A DNA stretch of 64,000 nucleotides from a virus: positions 32,001-96,000 of IMG/VR virus record IMGVR_UViG_3300003690_003155, one strand, 5' to 3'. Made by a program: the position numbers and the translations under genes. Positions 1 through 9,642 of the stretch are shown here, piece by piece. The notes under the pieces were generated by a model. It saw only the letters and a program-made list of their open reading frames with translations, was not told where the DNA came from and ran no database searches. The number at the start of each line of letters is the position of its first letter. Position 1 is the stretch's first letter.

Positions 1-898
1 AGTCGAGTATGCAAGAATAGAAGTTGATCTCTTGATCAATACACTGACTATTCTGATAAAAGTATTTAGAGATTGTAATTAGACAGTCTCTCTTTTTTTC
101 TTCATCCATAGGATTTGCATACATATAATTAAATAAGCGTCTAAATAATTCATCATAATCACTGTTAAACGATGCTTCGTTCTCAATGATTGCTTTACGA
201 ATTAAAAAATATTTTCTCTGAGATAATAGGTCGATTAACCCGCCGAGAAATTCTGTTGTAATATTACTGGTAGTGTTTTCTCCATCAGATAAATAATATT
301 TTTGTAAAGCGTTAATACCTTTTCTAAAATCCGGATAACAACTATTAACAATATTTGTAAAGTTTTCTTTGTTAATTTTTATCTCTTCAGCTTTAACAAT
401 AGATATTAATTTAGTTAAGTATTCATTTTTATCATAAGTAATATCAAATATTTGACATCTACTTTGTAGAGCTGGAATAATCTTATGCTTATAATTTGCT
501 GTAAGTATGAATCTTGTTAAGTCGTGATATTCTTCTATCGAGTTGCGTAGCGCTTTTTGTGCGTCAATAGATAATCCATCACACTCGTCAAGTACTATAA
601 CCTTAATTTGCCCAAAGAGACTCTTTGTCTGCGCGAAGTTTAAAACTTTTGTACGGATTGTATCTATCCCGTTTTCATCAGATGCATTGATATAGAGATA
701 TTGACACTTAAGAATATCCTTAACAATAATTTTAGCTAGAGAAGTTTTCCCAATACCAGGCTTTCCTACAAATAAAACATTAGGTATATTGTTATCTTCT
801 TGTACTTTATTAAAATAATTTTTAGTACTTTTGTCTAGAACTATTTCATCTAAAGTACTCGGTCGATACTTTTCACACCAAATATCAGAAATTGTCAT
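1..898 (-). CDS. gp44: Clamp loader large subunit (T4 gp44 / RFC small-subunit-like AAA+), runs off the window edge
   Basis: Manual translation from ATG 898: MTISDIWCEKYRPSTLDEIVL, Walker A GKPGIGKTS, INASDENGIDTIR, Walker B ILDECDGL, C-terminal DQEINFYSCILD. Absent from the ORF track because it is truncated. Confidence 0.93.
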   Translation of the reverse strand, partial: MTISDIWCEKYRPSTLDEIVLDKSTKNYFNKVQEDNNIPNVLFVGKPGIGKTSLAKIIVKDILKCQYLYINASDENGIDTIRTKVLNFAQTKSLFGQIKVIVLDECDGLSIDAQKALRNSIEEYHDLTRFILTANYKHKIIPALQSRCQIFDITYDKNEYLTKLISIVKAEEIKINKENFTNIVNSCYPDFRKGINALQKYYLSDGENTTSNITTEFLGGLIDLLSQRKYFLIRKAIIENEASFNSDYDELFRRLFNYMYANPMDEEKKRDCLITISKYFYQNSQCIDQEINFYSCILD

Positions 899-1086
899 TG
901 TAGGGAATGTACTATCTGATGTACTTCTGCATTTTTAATCCACTCACTATTAATACTCTTATCTATTTTTAATTGTTTAAATGCCTTTTCTTCAGCTTCA
1001 AGGACATTTTGAGCTTTGACTGTATACTCTCGGCGCATAATTTTGCCTTTCCAATCGGGAGATTTAAATTCTACTTCGTAAATCAT
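895..1086 (-). CDS. Hypothetical protein (63 aa)
   Basis: Fills the gap between dut and gp44, with an ATGA overlap onto the gp44 start. Confidence 0.7.
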   Translation of the reverse strand: MIYEVEFKSPDWKGKIMRREYTVKAQNVLEAEEKAFKQLKIDKSINSEWIKNAEVHQIVHSLQ

Positions 1087-1091
1087 AATAA

Positions 1092-1622
1092 TTATCCAGT
1101 CGATCCAAATCCATCTTCACCTCGCTCAGTGTCATCAATTTTATCTGCTTCAGAAATTGTTGCTGTAATATGAGGGTATAATACTAATTGAGCAATTCTG
1201 CTGCCTTTGTTTAAGGTTATATTTACATCGCTAAAATTATATAATTTAACACCCAGGTCGCCTCTGTATCCATTATCGATAATACCTAAATGGGGTTGAA
1301 TGTTATGCTTAAATCCTAAGCCGCTTCTAGGTTCTACTCGAAACCAATATCCTGGTGTAATATATGCTAATGTTAGGCCTACAGGTACAACTACAGAGCC
1401 TCGTCCCGGTACTATAACCTCCTCTACGCTATATACATCATATCCGGAATCACTGTCATGAGCTCTATGTGGTAATTTGGCATCCGGATGAGTTTTCATT
1501 ACTTTGAGTTCAATCTCTTTATTACAAAATGTTACATTCGCGCTACCATCATCATTTTCACCGATTGCGAATGAGCGAAGAGAAGATAATGATTGATATT
1601 GTAACGGCTGAAAATCGTCCAT
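1092..1622 (-). CDS. dut: Trimeric dUTPase
   Basis: Motifs DSGYDV, PRSGLG, GIIDNGYRGDL, RIAQL, RGEDGFGSTG. Confidence 0.97.
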   Translation of the reverse strand: MDDFQPLQYQSLSSLRSFAIGENDDGSANVTFCNKEIELKVMKTHPDAKLPHRAHDSDSGYDVYSVEEVIVPGRGSVVVPVGLTLAYITPGYWFRVEPRSGLGFKHNIQPHLGIIDNGYRGDLGVKLYNFSDVNITLNKGSRIAQLVLYPHITATISEADKIDDTERGEDGFGSTG

Positions 1623-1628
1623 ACAATG

Positions 1629-1656
1629 AATATAGTATATAATTTAGATTTTTCAA
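1629..1656 (-). promoter_or_regulatory. Sigma70-like early/middle promoter for dut
   Basis: TTGAAA-N16-TATATT-N6-ATG on the minus strand. Confidence 0.55.
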
Positions 1657-1657
1657 G

Positions 1658-1663
1658 TAAATA
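1658..1663 (+). promoter_or_regulatory. T4-type late promoter core (TAAATA)
   Basis: TAAATA-N5-ATG(1669); the same spacing recurs at many genes. Confidence 0.65.
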
Positions 1664-1668
1664 CTTTT

Positions 1669-2148
1669 ATGGATGACATTGATCCTGCTGATTTAATATC
1701 GCAATTAAAAACCGTACCGAGAGCTAGTAGACAATTAGCACAACAGTCAGAGAGATTTAATATTTCTAAAGATGAAGTTGAAGATTTTATTATACAAAAA
1801 TCATCTAAATTAATTCAAGATTCTTTAGAGTTAATAGATAATATGAAGGAAGTGGTTCATCATATGCCTGAAGCAGAAAATGTCTCTTCTCTCGCTGAAC
1901 TTATTAAGGCTTCAACTGGTGCTATTGAAACATTAAATAAATTAGTCGTTCAAGATAAAAAATCTAATACTACTATAAAAGCAAAACAGTTAGATATAGA
2001 TTCTAGAAAAGAACTTCAAAGCGCTGATCAACAGCATTCATTAATGTTAAGTAGAGATGAGGTTCTTGATCGTTTATTGAAAGATTCAAAAATAATTAAT
2101 GTAGAGTCAGATGTAAAGGAACCCGATAAGCTAGACCCCCCTACCTAA
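1669..2148 (+). CDS. gp16: Probable terminase small subunit (gp16-like)
   Basis: Size and helical pattern (LIQDSLELIDNMKEV...ENVSSLAELIKASTGAIETLNKL...LSRDEVLDRLLK) resemble marine T4-like gp16; late promoter upstream. Confidence 0.6.
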   Translation: MDDIDPADLISQLKTVPRASRQLAQQSERFNISKDEVEDFIIQKSSKLIQDSLELIDNMKEVVHHMPEAENVSSLAELIKASTGAIETLNKLVVQDKKSNTTIKAKQLDIDSRKELQSADQQHSLMLSRDEVLDRLLKDSKIINVESDVKEPDKLDPPT

Positions 2149-3220
2149 GAATACCCATATCAAATGGTCTTTGAAGAGTTTGTATTTTGTTTAATAAGAT
2201 ATCTACTTCTTCTTTAGAGTTTTCTATTACTACTTCATGGACCCCGGGTACTATTTTTTGAATATTATTTAATTTATTCATTGTAAGCCATGATAAAACG
2301 GTATAGGTTCCACCTAATGCAGTAGCAATATTTTCATTAATCTCAGGCTGATTTTTCTTTAATCTTTCATAATGGTAATGATCAGTAACTAAATTTTCTT
2401 TATGAGCATCTGCGGCAACTTCTCCTGTGTTGATTATTTGCTGCATGTTTCGTTTAAATAAAGATTCAACTCGATTGCTTAATTGAACAATATTTGTTCG
2501 GGTTTCCATTTCTAATTTATCATCAATGATACTATTATAAGGTAAAGGAGTTGTATCTTGCATAAATTCATCTGCATAATGCGTGTATCTACTTTGAGGG
2601 TATTGCCATTGATAAAATAAAAAACCTACACTTTCAGATATTTCTTGTAAAATAGTATCTTCTACAGACAGTCTTTCTGATAATATTTCTTTTACTTTTA
2701 AGTGACATTTACGGTACTTATCTAACCACCACGCGATGAATTCACCATTTTTATCTTCATTTGCTATATCAAAGCTATTTGAAATTTTGCTTATTTTTTC
2801 ATTTACATTTGTAGAGTCATTTTCAGTCAAAGGAATTTTTTTCCCTTTTACAGTTAATGCAACTAAGCCTAATTCTTTATCCTGAAATATAATCGGGTTT
2901 CCAGCGTCATCCTTTCGTAAGGAATCTCCATCGTCAACGTCCATTTCTTTTCTTTTAAGGTATTTTGTTGCTTTAGGAGATTTAGCAAATTTTTGTAAGT
3001 CTAAGTTTGCATTTGCTATACCTTCCCAAAAGTCTGCTTCCGCAGTAATAGGATCTGATTCATATTTTAAACTATCATAATATTTTGATAATGCTACAAA
3101 ATTAATATATTTTTCAATTATAGAATTAAAATTTGTAGATGCGATATGAAAATCTACTGAATTAGTTAATCGAGTATTTACTATATCAGGTATTCCAGTT
3201 TTTGATGGTATTGCGCTCAT
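2141..3220 (-). CDS. Hypothetical protein, last gene of the baseplate operon
   Basis: 359 aa ORF co-oriented with and 1 nt from the gp27-like gene; no recognised motif. Confidence 0.75.
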   Translation of the reverse strand: MSAIPSKTGIPDIVNTRLTNSVDFHIASTNFNSIIEKYINFVALSKYYDSLKYESDPITAEADFWEGIANANLDLQKFAKSPKATKYLKRKEMDVDDGDSLRKDDAGNPIIFQDKELGLVALTVKGKKIPLTENDSTNVNEKISKISNSFDIANEDKNGEFIAWWLDKYRKCHLKVKEILSERLSVEDTILQEISESVGFLFYQWQYPQSRYTHYADEFMQDTTPLPYNSIIDDKLEMETRTNIVQLSNRVESLFKRNMQQIINTGEVAADAHKENLVTDHYHYERLKKNQPEINENIATALGGTYTVLSWLTMNKLNNIQKIVPGVHEVVIENSKEEVDILLNKIQTLQRPFDMGILR

Positions 3221-3221
3221 A

Positions 3222-4868
3222 TTAACTAGCTCCTGCAGCTCGGGTTCCTATTCCTCTTTCAAATTTATCTATTTTACTACATACTAGTTTTGTATTAAAT
3301 TGGCCTTCTTGTAAAGTTGTTATGTTTCGAAGGATAAACCAAAACCCAGGGACATTTTCCATAAATTTATCTAGCTTCTCACCTGCAACTTCTATACCTA
3401 TAAATTTACCTCCGGTCATCATCCAATTATTCTTACTACCAACTCCGGTGAGATTTATTGTTACTTTATCAGAGTTATCTAATATTTTTTGTTGTAGCAT
3501 AATTTTTCCATAGCTACTATCTTGATCTGATGCAGTATGTAAGTTAAAAAATCTTTCTTTATTAGGCTTAGTGAGATCAGTTTTATTAACATTTGGAGCG
3601 AGTTCACCATCGTTTGAATTTGCATCTGGAAATGCCGTCATATAAATTGAAAAATTTTCATTAAAATCTTGAACACTACCTTTCTTATTGTTTAATTTAA
3701 ATAATTTTCGGCCGACATCATATGAAGTTATAGTATGATCTACTATTTTATCTGTAGCAGCGGTTGGTTGTTTTTTATGAAAAGTAACATTCTGTATATT
3801 TACTGGAATTAGGAGATTTTGGATATCAGGATCTGCAAATATAGAATGAGATTGTCTTTTACTATAATGCATTCTTATATCGTCTGTTTCTATTTTTATA
3901 ACACCAGCAAATTTTCTTTTAAAGTTTGTATCCGACCAGCTTTCTGCCATAGTATTAAGATCAATAGCATCATTAATTATATTAGTAAGAGATCTTAAAC
4001 TAAACATTCCATTATAATATAATAAAATACCCATATCGCCATGTATTTTAGAGACATACTTTGACATTAAATCAAACAATCCTACCATAGGAGCTGTATT
4101 TTGAGGTAAAGTATACATTATTTTTGAAGAACTTTCATCCCATTCTTGTTCATTAATTATAGGACTCCAATCTAAATTTTCTTCTGTGGTAGCTTCCATC
4201 CCACCGGTTCGACTGCAAAATCTTCGCAATAGATGTTTTATGGCGTCACTAACTTTTATACCGCATTGCTCTCGACTAAATTGAGAGACACCTTCTGATA
4301 TTGCAACATCGAGTGCTTCGTATGGGTTGTTCTCATCTGCACCCCATTCTGAATGATCCGGGCCCCAACTAACATAATCATTAGTACTCCATGGAAATTT
4401 CTGATACATTAAAGCACCGTATTCAACATCTGCAAAATAATATGTTATTGTTTTTTCATTGTTTACTAAACCTTCGACCATATTTTTAGTTATATATATT
4501 CTATCAACTAAAGTTTCTCTCTCACATCTTGTCGCAGTAGATTGTTGTTCGATTTTTATATGTAGAAACTCTCCACCTGTAGCAATATTTTCATATTGAC
4601 TATTCTCATTTTCTCCCTTTATTTCGGCGGTGTCCATTCCCATTAGTATTTTATCAGAAAGCAATTGTAAGCTTCCAATTACAAATGGAGATTTATACGT
4701 AGAGTCAAATGTTATTTTTTTGAATTCTACTTTTCTTACATTTCTTTGTTGCGCCTTTTCATTTATAAACCTTATAGATATAAAAAAATCTGTAGCGTTA
4801 GAACTAATTTGAAACGTGCCTTGTTCCGTTGATTGTTCTTGTATATCTTGTAAAGCTGGTTTTGCCAT
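3222..4868 (-). CDS. Baseplate hub protein (gp27 / late control D-like)
   Basis: Position in the tail module; pattern PFVIGSLQL...VSDAIKHLL...YYNGMFSLRSL...KVTINLTG...GFWFILRNITTL...FNTKLVCSK is typical of hub proteins. Confidence 0.6.
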   Translation of the reverse strand: MAKPALQDIQEQSTEQGTFQISSNATDFFISIRFINEKAQQRNVRKVEFKKITFDSTYKSPFVIGSLQLLSDKILMGMDTAEIKGENENSQYENIATGGEFLHIKIEQQSTATRCERETLVDRIYITKNMVEGLVNNEKTITYYFADVEYGALMYQKFPWSTNDYVSWGPDHSEWGADENNPYEALDVAISEGVSQFSREQCGIKVSDAIKHLLRRFCSRTGGMEATTEENLDWSPIINEQEWDESSSKIMYTLPQNTAPMVGLFDLMSKYVSKIHGDMGILLYYNGMFSLRSLTNIINDAIDLNTMAESWSDTNFKRKFAGVIKIETDDIRMHYSKRQSHSIFADPDIQNLLIPVNIQNVTFHKKQPTAATDKIVDHTITSYDVGRKLFKLNNKKGSVQDFNENFSIYMTAFPDANSNDGELAPNVNKTDLTKPNKERFFNLHTASDQDSSYGKIMLQQKILDNSDKVTINLTGVGSKNNWMMTGGKFIGIEVAGEKLDKFMENVPGFWFILRNITTLQEGQFNTKLVCSKIDKFERGIGTRAAGAS

Positions 4869-4870
4869 TA

Positions 4871-5226
4871 TTATACTTGCTTGTTAATTTCAGATAATAT
4901 TCTACTTACATATGTTGGTTTTATAACTGTATATTTGTCACCAGTAATAGGATTATTAATCGGATTTTGTATATTATTAGCAAGACATATCAACCACCAT
5001 AAATTCTGATTTCCGTATACTTGATCTGAAAATGATGTCCATGGCATATTAGCTGTAACTCTTACTTCGAAAAATACTTGTGGATTAAGATCATCAGGAA
5101 ATGATATTTTTTTAATTATATTATAAAAAAAATACTTATCTGATTAAAGATGTTCTCATATCTAGTATCATCTAGAGATTTTAACTCTGCTATATTATTT
5201 CGAGTGAGTTGTAAATCTGTAATCAT
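4871..5226 (-). pseudogene. gp53-like (LysM-like) baseplate wedge gene with an apparent frameshift
   Basis: ATG 5226 gives MITDLQLTRNNIAELKSLDDTRYENIFNQISIFFII*. A second frame continues DKYFFYNIIKKISFPDDLNPQVFF...MPWTSFSDQVYGNQNLWWLICLANNIQNP...KQV*, with the YG..LWW.I..AN.I.NP gp53 signature. Span is 356 nt (3n+2). Confidence 0.75.
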
Positions 5227-5229
5227 ATT

Positions 5230-6549
5230 TTAATCTCCATCGTTACCGCCTCTTCCCGTTGGCCAACCACCCGGGCCAGTGTTCATTCCTCCAGGTCTCG
5301 CTCCTACTGCTCCTGTTTGAGCCGCTTCATATGCTTTACCGTCATCTCCTTCATCCCAATTCCTATCACCATATACATCTGGATATGGTTCAGATTCTTC
5401 ATGACTTCGAACTGGGTTATTAATACTATCAAACATTAAATTCTTTGTCTCTGGTGTAAGACTTGTGAGAGTTAGTTGTATTTCATAACCTTCAGGAACA
5501 ATTACTTCTGTTGCCGATGTGTTTTTTGTAACTTTAAATGGAGGCATTTTTCTTCTGACTCCAATAAAGTTTATCTTGATATTACTTAAAAAACTCCATC
5601 TATAACTAAAGACACCCGGTAAGGAGGATTGATATATTACAGGCGGTGTTATTGCAGTTTTATTTACTCTATTAGGTAAATTTTGATATGTTAATAAAAA
5701 TATAAATCTATAGTTTTTCATCCATTCAGACACGTCATCATATCTTGTGTTATCTAAATAAAACGTAATATTATAACTCGGACCAGAGTCGGAATATTGA
5801 AATGTCTTTGCAAAATCAATACCAACACCAGGAGAAACTGCCGATGTTAATGCAGCCATGAATTCTATGGGCGTTTGAAGTATGGACCCTTCTTGAGACC
5901 AATTATTAGATATTGTTTTATATGAATCTTCTAAATAAGGCAAACGGTATATAAACTTAGTTTTTTTGACACCATATATGTTTTCATATGATTTTAAATA
6001 TTCTGGCATCTCGAATTTAGTTGTACCAAATGCGCTATCAGCGCCACTAGTAATAGATTCAGATAATCCTTGAAATCCGCTCATTGTGTTGTTGAGCGCT
6101 TTGCCAAATGCACTTGGTAATTTATCAGCAATATTTTTTATACTTTTAGCATAACTTTCTGGATCATCGCCCCATTTTTTACCTGGACCGTAAATTTGTT
6201 CAGTAAAAAGTTTAAGGTTTTGAAAAAAGGCTGGGACAGTTACTATATACTCTCTTAATGTAACAGTTGGTATGGTTTTTACTGCTACTGAATCTTTAGC
6301 TGATTTTGTCCATCGAAATTGTTTTGTTATATTTATATCCATATGATCTGCACCGTCAGGTGGTACAGGTACATCTGCTACAGTATCTGATATAACGTTA
6401 CTTTTTGCTCTTGATATTATTTTTCCGGCGGTCGCCTTTATTGTGTCATTAGTAGTAAGCTCCACACCATTTTTAGAATCTCCCTCCATATTTGTACATG
6501 TCGGCTTTGAAAACTCAAATAAATATCTATCGTTTATATTAGTAGGCAT
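5230..6549 (-). CDS. Baseplate tail-tube cap (gp48-like) with Gly-rich C-terminal tail
   Basis: Follows the gp29-like gene; C-terminal tube-fold-like segment PPVIY...SFLSNIKINF...YEIQLTLTSL. Confidence 0.55.
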   Translation of the reverse strand: MPTNINDRYLFEFSKPTCTNMEGDSKNGVELTTNDTIKATAGKIISRAKSNVISDTVADVPVPPDGADHMDINITKQFRWTKSAKDSVAVKTIPTVTLREYIVTVPAFFQNLKLFTEQIYGPGKKWGDDPESYAKSIKNIADKLPSAFGKALNNTMSGFQGLSESITSGADSAFGTTKFEMPEYLKSYENIYGVKKTKFIYRLPYLEDSYKTISNNWSQEGSILQTPIEFMAALTSAVSPGVGIDFAKTFQYSDSGPSYNITFYLDNTRYDDVSEWMKNYRFIFLLTYQNLPNRVNKTAITPPVIYQSSLPGVFSYRWSFLSNIKINFIGVRRKMPPFKVTKNTSATEVIVPEGYEIQLTLTSLTPETKNLMFDSINNPVRSHEESEPYPDVYGDRNWDEGDDGKAYEAAQTGAVGARPGGMNTGPGGWPTGRGGNDGD

Positions 6550-6564
6550 AATTATTAATTAGTA

Positions 6565-8322
6565 TCAATTTAACCATTGTTTTAAGGTAGGACCTTCACT
6601 AAACATATCAACTGGCGGAGGTTCAGGTGTATTAAGAAAGTTATTTGTTGTACTGTTTACATTTATTCCTTGTTGTACTGGATCCACTCCAGTACCCTCG
6701 TTCTTTTTTTCTCTCTTCATTTTTTGTTGAATTTCGATCCGACGTTGTTCCTCGTCGAACTTTTCGACTTCATGAAGTTTATCTTGCACCGTACCGAATT
6801 CCGTAATGTTTTCGCGAATAAGCTCTTCAGCCGCGTTATATCTTAAGTCTTCTTCTTTAGTTCTTACAGGATCTTTTAGACCAGATAATTTTCTCATTAA
6901 CCATAATGCAGGTTCTCCTGTCCAAGCAGATCGTTCCGTTGTTGGGTCACCTAAACCACCTAACCTATGTCTAGTTTGCTGCGCTTCGACAAAACGTTTA
7001 TACAGCGCATACTGATCATCAGTAAGTCTTTTTTTTGCCCATTTTAGTTTCTTCTTAGTACCTCCTGGATCATTACTACTTATATCAAGAGATTGTTCGG
7101 CCATTGAGTCAAAAATGCCAATACCAGAAGATAGAACATCATGAGTCATTACACCTTGGCCTATAAAAGGAATAGCTCTTACTCCGACTCTGGAACCAAC
7201 GCTGAGCGCACCTTGACCGGTTTTACCGACCAGTCCCCATGTTTTGAAGGGACCGAGCTGCATCAGCTCCTTCCATTTTATTCCTCCTGTGAGAAAAGCC
7301 GATTTTTCCATCGCTTTTTCTATAGATTTCGCGAGTGGCTGCATTGCTTTTTGCCACATCGTCGAGCTTGTCTGCTGGAGGGCAACACTGGCAGCGTCAC
7401 CAGCAGCATCTAGTTGGCCTTGCGATATAATAGACCTACGTGGACTTGGGTCATTGAAGCCGGGTTCGCCGTGGTGCCGCTCAGGATTTTCTGTAGATGC
7501 CTGAGCTACTTGAGGCTGGTTATTGCCGTTGGTGCGGCGATATCCGACCCAATGCTCCTCCGTGGTTCTATTAGCAGCTTCGTCCCGTTCTCTTTGTTCT
7601 TGTGCTTTTTGCCACCATCGCTTTATACCTTCGCCCCATTTGGAGGTGTTAGGTTTTAAAGCATCATAAAGCCGCTGGAATGTTTCAATGGCCTTGGCTT
7701 TATTTTCTGGAGTATTAACTTTGTTGTTATAAAAATCTTTGGCAAGATCCTCACCCTTGTTGCCCAAGTCCTCGACGGTTTCGGTTACCGAGTCGATGAT
7801 CGACTCGGCGAGGGCGGATTCGGTAGCACGCAACTTGTCAAGTTGCCGTCTTTCGTCATACCATGAAGCTTCAGGGGCAGTATCTCTACCCATGATCATA
7901 TCTGTGGCAGCTTTTAAATAATCATCCATTTTATTCAATACTGCATCTTTCATTTTCCCAGCGCGGGATGAAATTCGTTTCCCTATATCTTGTAACATTG
8001 CATCTGGGTTAAGTAAATCTCCAAACAATGCTAAAAATCCTAAACCAGCCCCTGCTCCTAAAACTTTCTTTCCGGTGAGTGCTTTAAAGAAATCTCTCAT
8101 TTCTTTTTTTGCTACTCGAGCAGAGTGACCGGCGGTGACACTCGGTGGTATTGGTCGATCGGCATCACGAGTTGAACCAGATAATCTTCTGGCGCCGCCC
8201 GCTTGGTTTCTTATTGTTCTATGAAGAGATTTAATTTCAGAAACAAAATCAGATTGATTCCGTTCTAAGTTAATAGTTCTAGCATGTATATCTGCTAACA
8301 GTCGATCTCCAGCCGCTGACAT
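6565..8322 (-). CDS. Putative tape measure / baseplate hub protein (gp29-like)
   Basis: 585 aa, helical and Gly/Ala-rich, located between gp26-like and gp48-like genes; size close to T4 gp29; C-terminal INVNSTTNN. Confidence 0.5.
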   Translation of the reverse strand: MSAAGDRLLADIHARTINLERNQSDFVSEIKSLHRTIRNQAGGARRLSGSTRDADRPIPPSVTAGHSARVAKKEMRDFFKALTGKKVLGAGAGLGFLALFGDLLNPDAMLQDIGKRISSRAGKMKDAVLNKMDDYLKAATDMIMGRDTAPEASWYDERRQLDKLRATESALAESIIDSVTETVEDLGNKGEDLAKDFYNNKVNTPENKAKAIETFQRLYDALKPNTSKWGEGIKRWWQKAQEQRERDEAANRTTEEHWVGYRRTNGNNQPQVAQASTENPERHHGEPGFNDPSPRRSIISQGQLDAAGDAASVALQQTSSTMWQKAMQPLAKSIEKAMEKSAFLTGGIKWKELMQLGPFKTWGLVGKTGQGALSVGSRVGVRAIPFIGQGVMTHDVLSSGIGIFDSMAEQSLDISSNDPGGTKKKLKWAKKRLTDDQYALYKRFVEAQQTRHRLGGLGDPTTERSAWTGEPALWLMRKLSGLKDPVRTKEEDLRYNAAEELIRENITEFGTVQDKLHEVEKFDEEQRRIEIQQKMKREKKNEGTGVDPVQQGINVNSTTNNFLNTPEPPPVDMFSEGPTLKQWLN

Positions 8323-8336
8323 ATGTAATTATTTAA

Positions 8337-8981
8337 TTACAAATCTACGAAAAAAGAAAAATCTGCTTCAATGACTCTGAGTTTATTTAATTCCCCTAAA
8401 ATAGAATTAGTATGATTTGCTAAGGAATTTAAGATTTTAATATCAAATAATAAGAACAAACTGTATATTTCATCTAACTCCATATCTTTTATAGTATATT
8501 CTTCAGTATCTAATGTAATAGTATCTATAAATCTAAATGTATCAAAAAACATTATATCAGATTCAACTATTTCTTTTTTATTTAAAATATACTTGAGGAT
8601 AATATTTTCATCTGTTAATAGTGGAAGTTTAAATTTAAATGTTAAATCTGCGTCTTTTAATTTTGTTATTAAAGGTTCATTTACAACTGTATTGAAATCT
8701 AGGTTTATACTTTCATCGCTTACCTCGTTTTTCCAATGTTGAATTAAATATAATTTATCTCGATATGTAACGGTATCTATTTTACAAATACTGAGAATAT
8801 AATCATTTAAATACTGTAAATAAGATAAAGTAACTATATGATCATCTCGTATATTTCTAATTATAGCATATAGCTTATTTTGAAATTGAACATTTAGTTG
8901 TGGAGTAGAAATTGTGCCGCTATCCGGTAATTCTATATCCTTAGTACAAAGGTCTTTAAATTTATCGAGAAGGTTGCTCAT
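8337..8981 (-). CDS. Baseplate hub assembly protein (gp26-like)
   Basis: Position; N-terminal IELPDSG and TYRDKLYLI resemble gp26-family patterns. Confidence 0.4.
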   Translation of the reverse strand: MSNLLDKFKDLCTKDIELPDSGTISTPQLNVQFQNKLYAIIRNIRDDHIVTLSYLQYLNDYILSICKIDTVTYRDKLYLIQHWKNEVSDESINLDFNTVVNEPLITKLKDADLTFKFKLPLLTDENIILKYILNKKEIVESDIMFFDTFRFIDTITLDTEEYTIKDMELDEIYSLFLLFDIKILNSLANHTNSILGELNKLRVIEADFSFFVDL

Positions 8982-9642
8982 TTTTAAGTCTTTTTATTAA
9001 AAGTGTTATATATTGTCTAAATTGATCATATGTTATATAGTCAAAATCTTGATATGTAAAATTACCTCGTCGCATAAGAAATAGTTGCTCATCTAATAAA
9101 TTTTCATATGAATATATCGTACATAAGTACAATATGTAATTAATTATATCTAAGTTATATGAAAATCTACTATTAAATTCATCGTTTATATAATAGATAT
9201 AAGAGTTATTTAATTTTTCTTTATATTCATTTATATATGGAGAACATTTTTTAATTAATGGTAAGGGAACATCTTCATAATTGTCCTTAGTTATAAAAGC
9301 TATAGTTCCGTTTTTTTCAATTTTTTTAATAAACGAGGCGTTTGAGAAAAAGTCTATTGATGGATAGCCAATAGTTATAAAATAGTCATCTATAATATGA
9401 TTACTTTCTGAATAGGTAGGTAGATCTTTAAGAAAATTTTCTTTATAAATTAGTAGGTCACCTTTATTAGTGTTTAATTTTATTGCAGAATTTTTATTAA
9501 TAAATTTTTCAGCTTTTAATTTTGTTACAAATTCAATAATATTTTTACTACAGAGTCTCTTAGCAAAAAATTCAATTAATTCTTTATATTTTTTCTCACT
9601 ATGAAGGTTCGAAGCTTCAATTAAGTCATTATAACTTATCAT
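8962..9642 (-). CDS. Baseplate hub assembly protein with gp51-like C-terminus
   Basis: C-terminal EQLFLMRRGNFTYQDFDYITYDQFRQYITLLIKRLKNE resembles the gp51 pattern. Confidence 0.45.
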   Translation of the reverse strand: MISYNDLIEASNLHSEKKYKELIEFFAKRLCSKNIIEFVTKLKAEKFINKNSAIKLNTNKGDLLIYKENFLKDLPTYSESNHIIDDYFITIGYPSIDFFSNASFIKKIEKNGTIAFITKDNYEDVPLPLIKKCSPYINEYKEKLNNSYIYYINDEFNSRFSYNLDIINYILYLCTIYSYENLLDEQLFLMRRGNFTYQDFDYITYDQFRQYITLLIKRLKNEQPSR

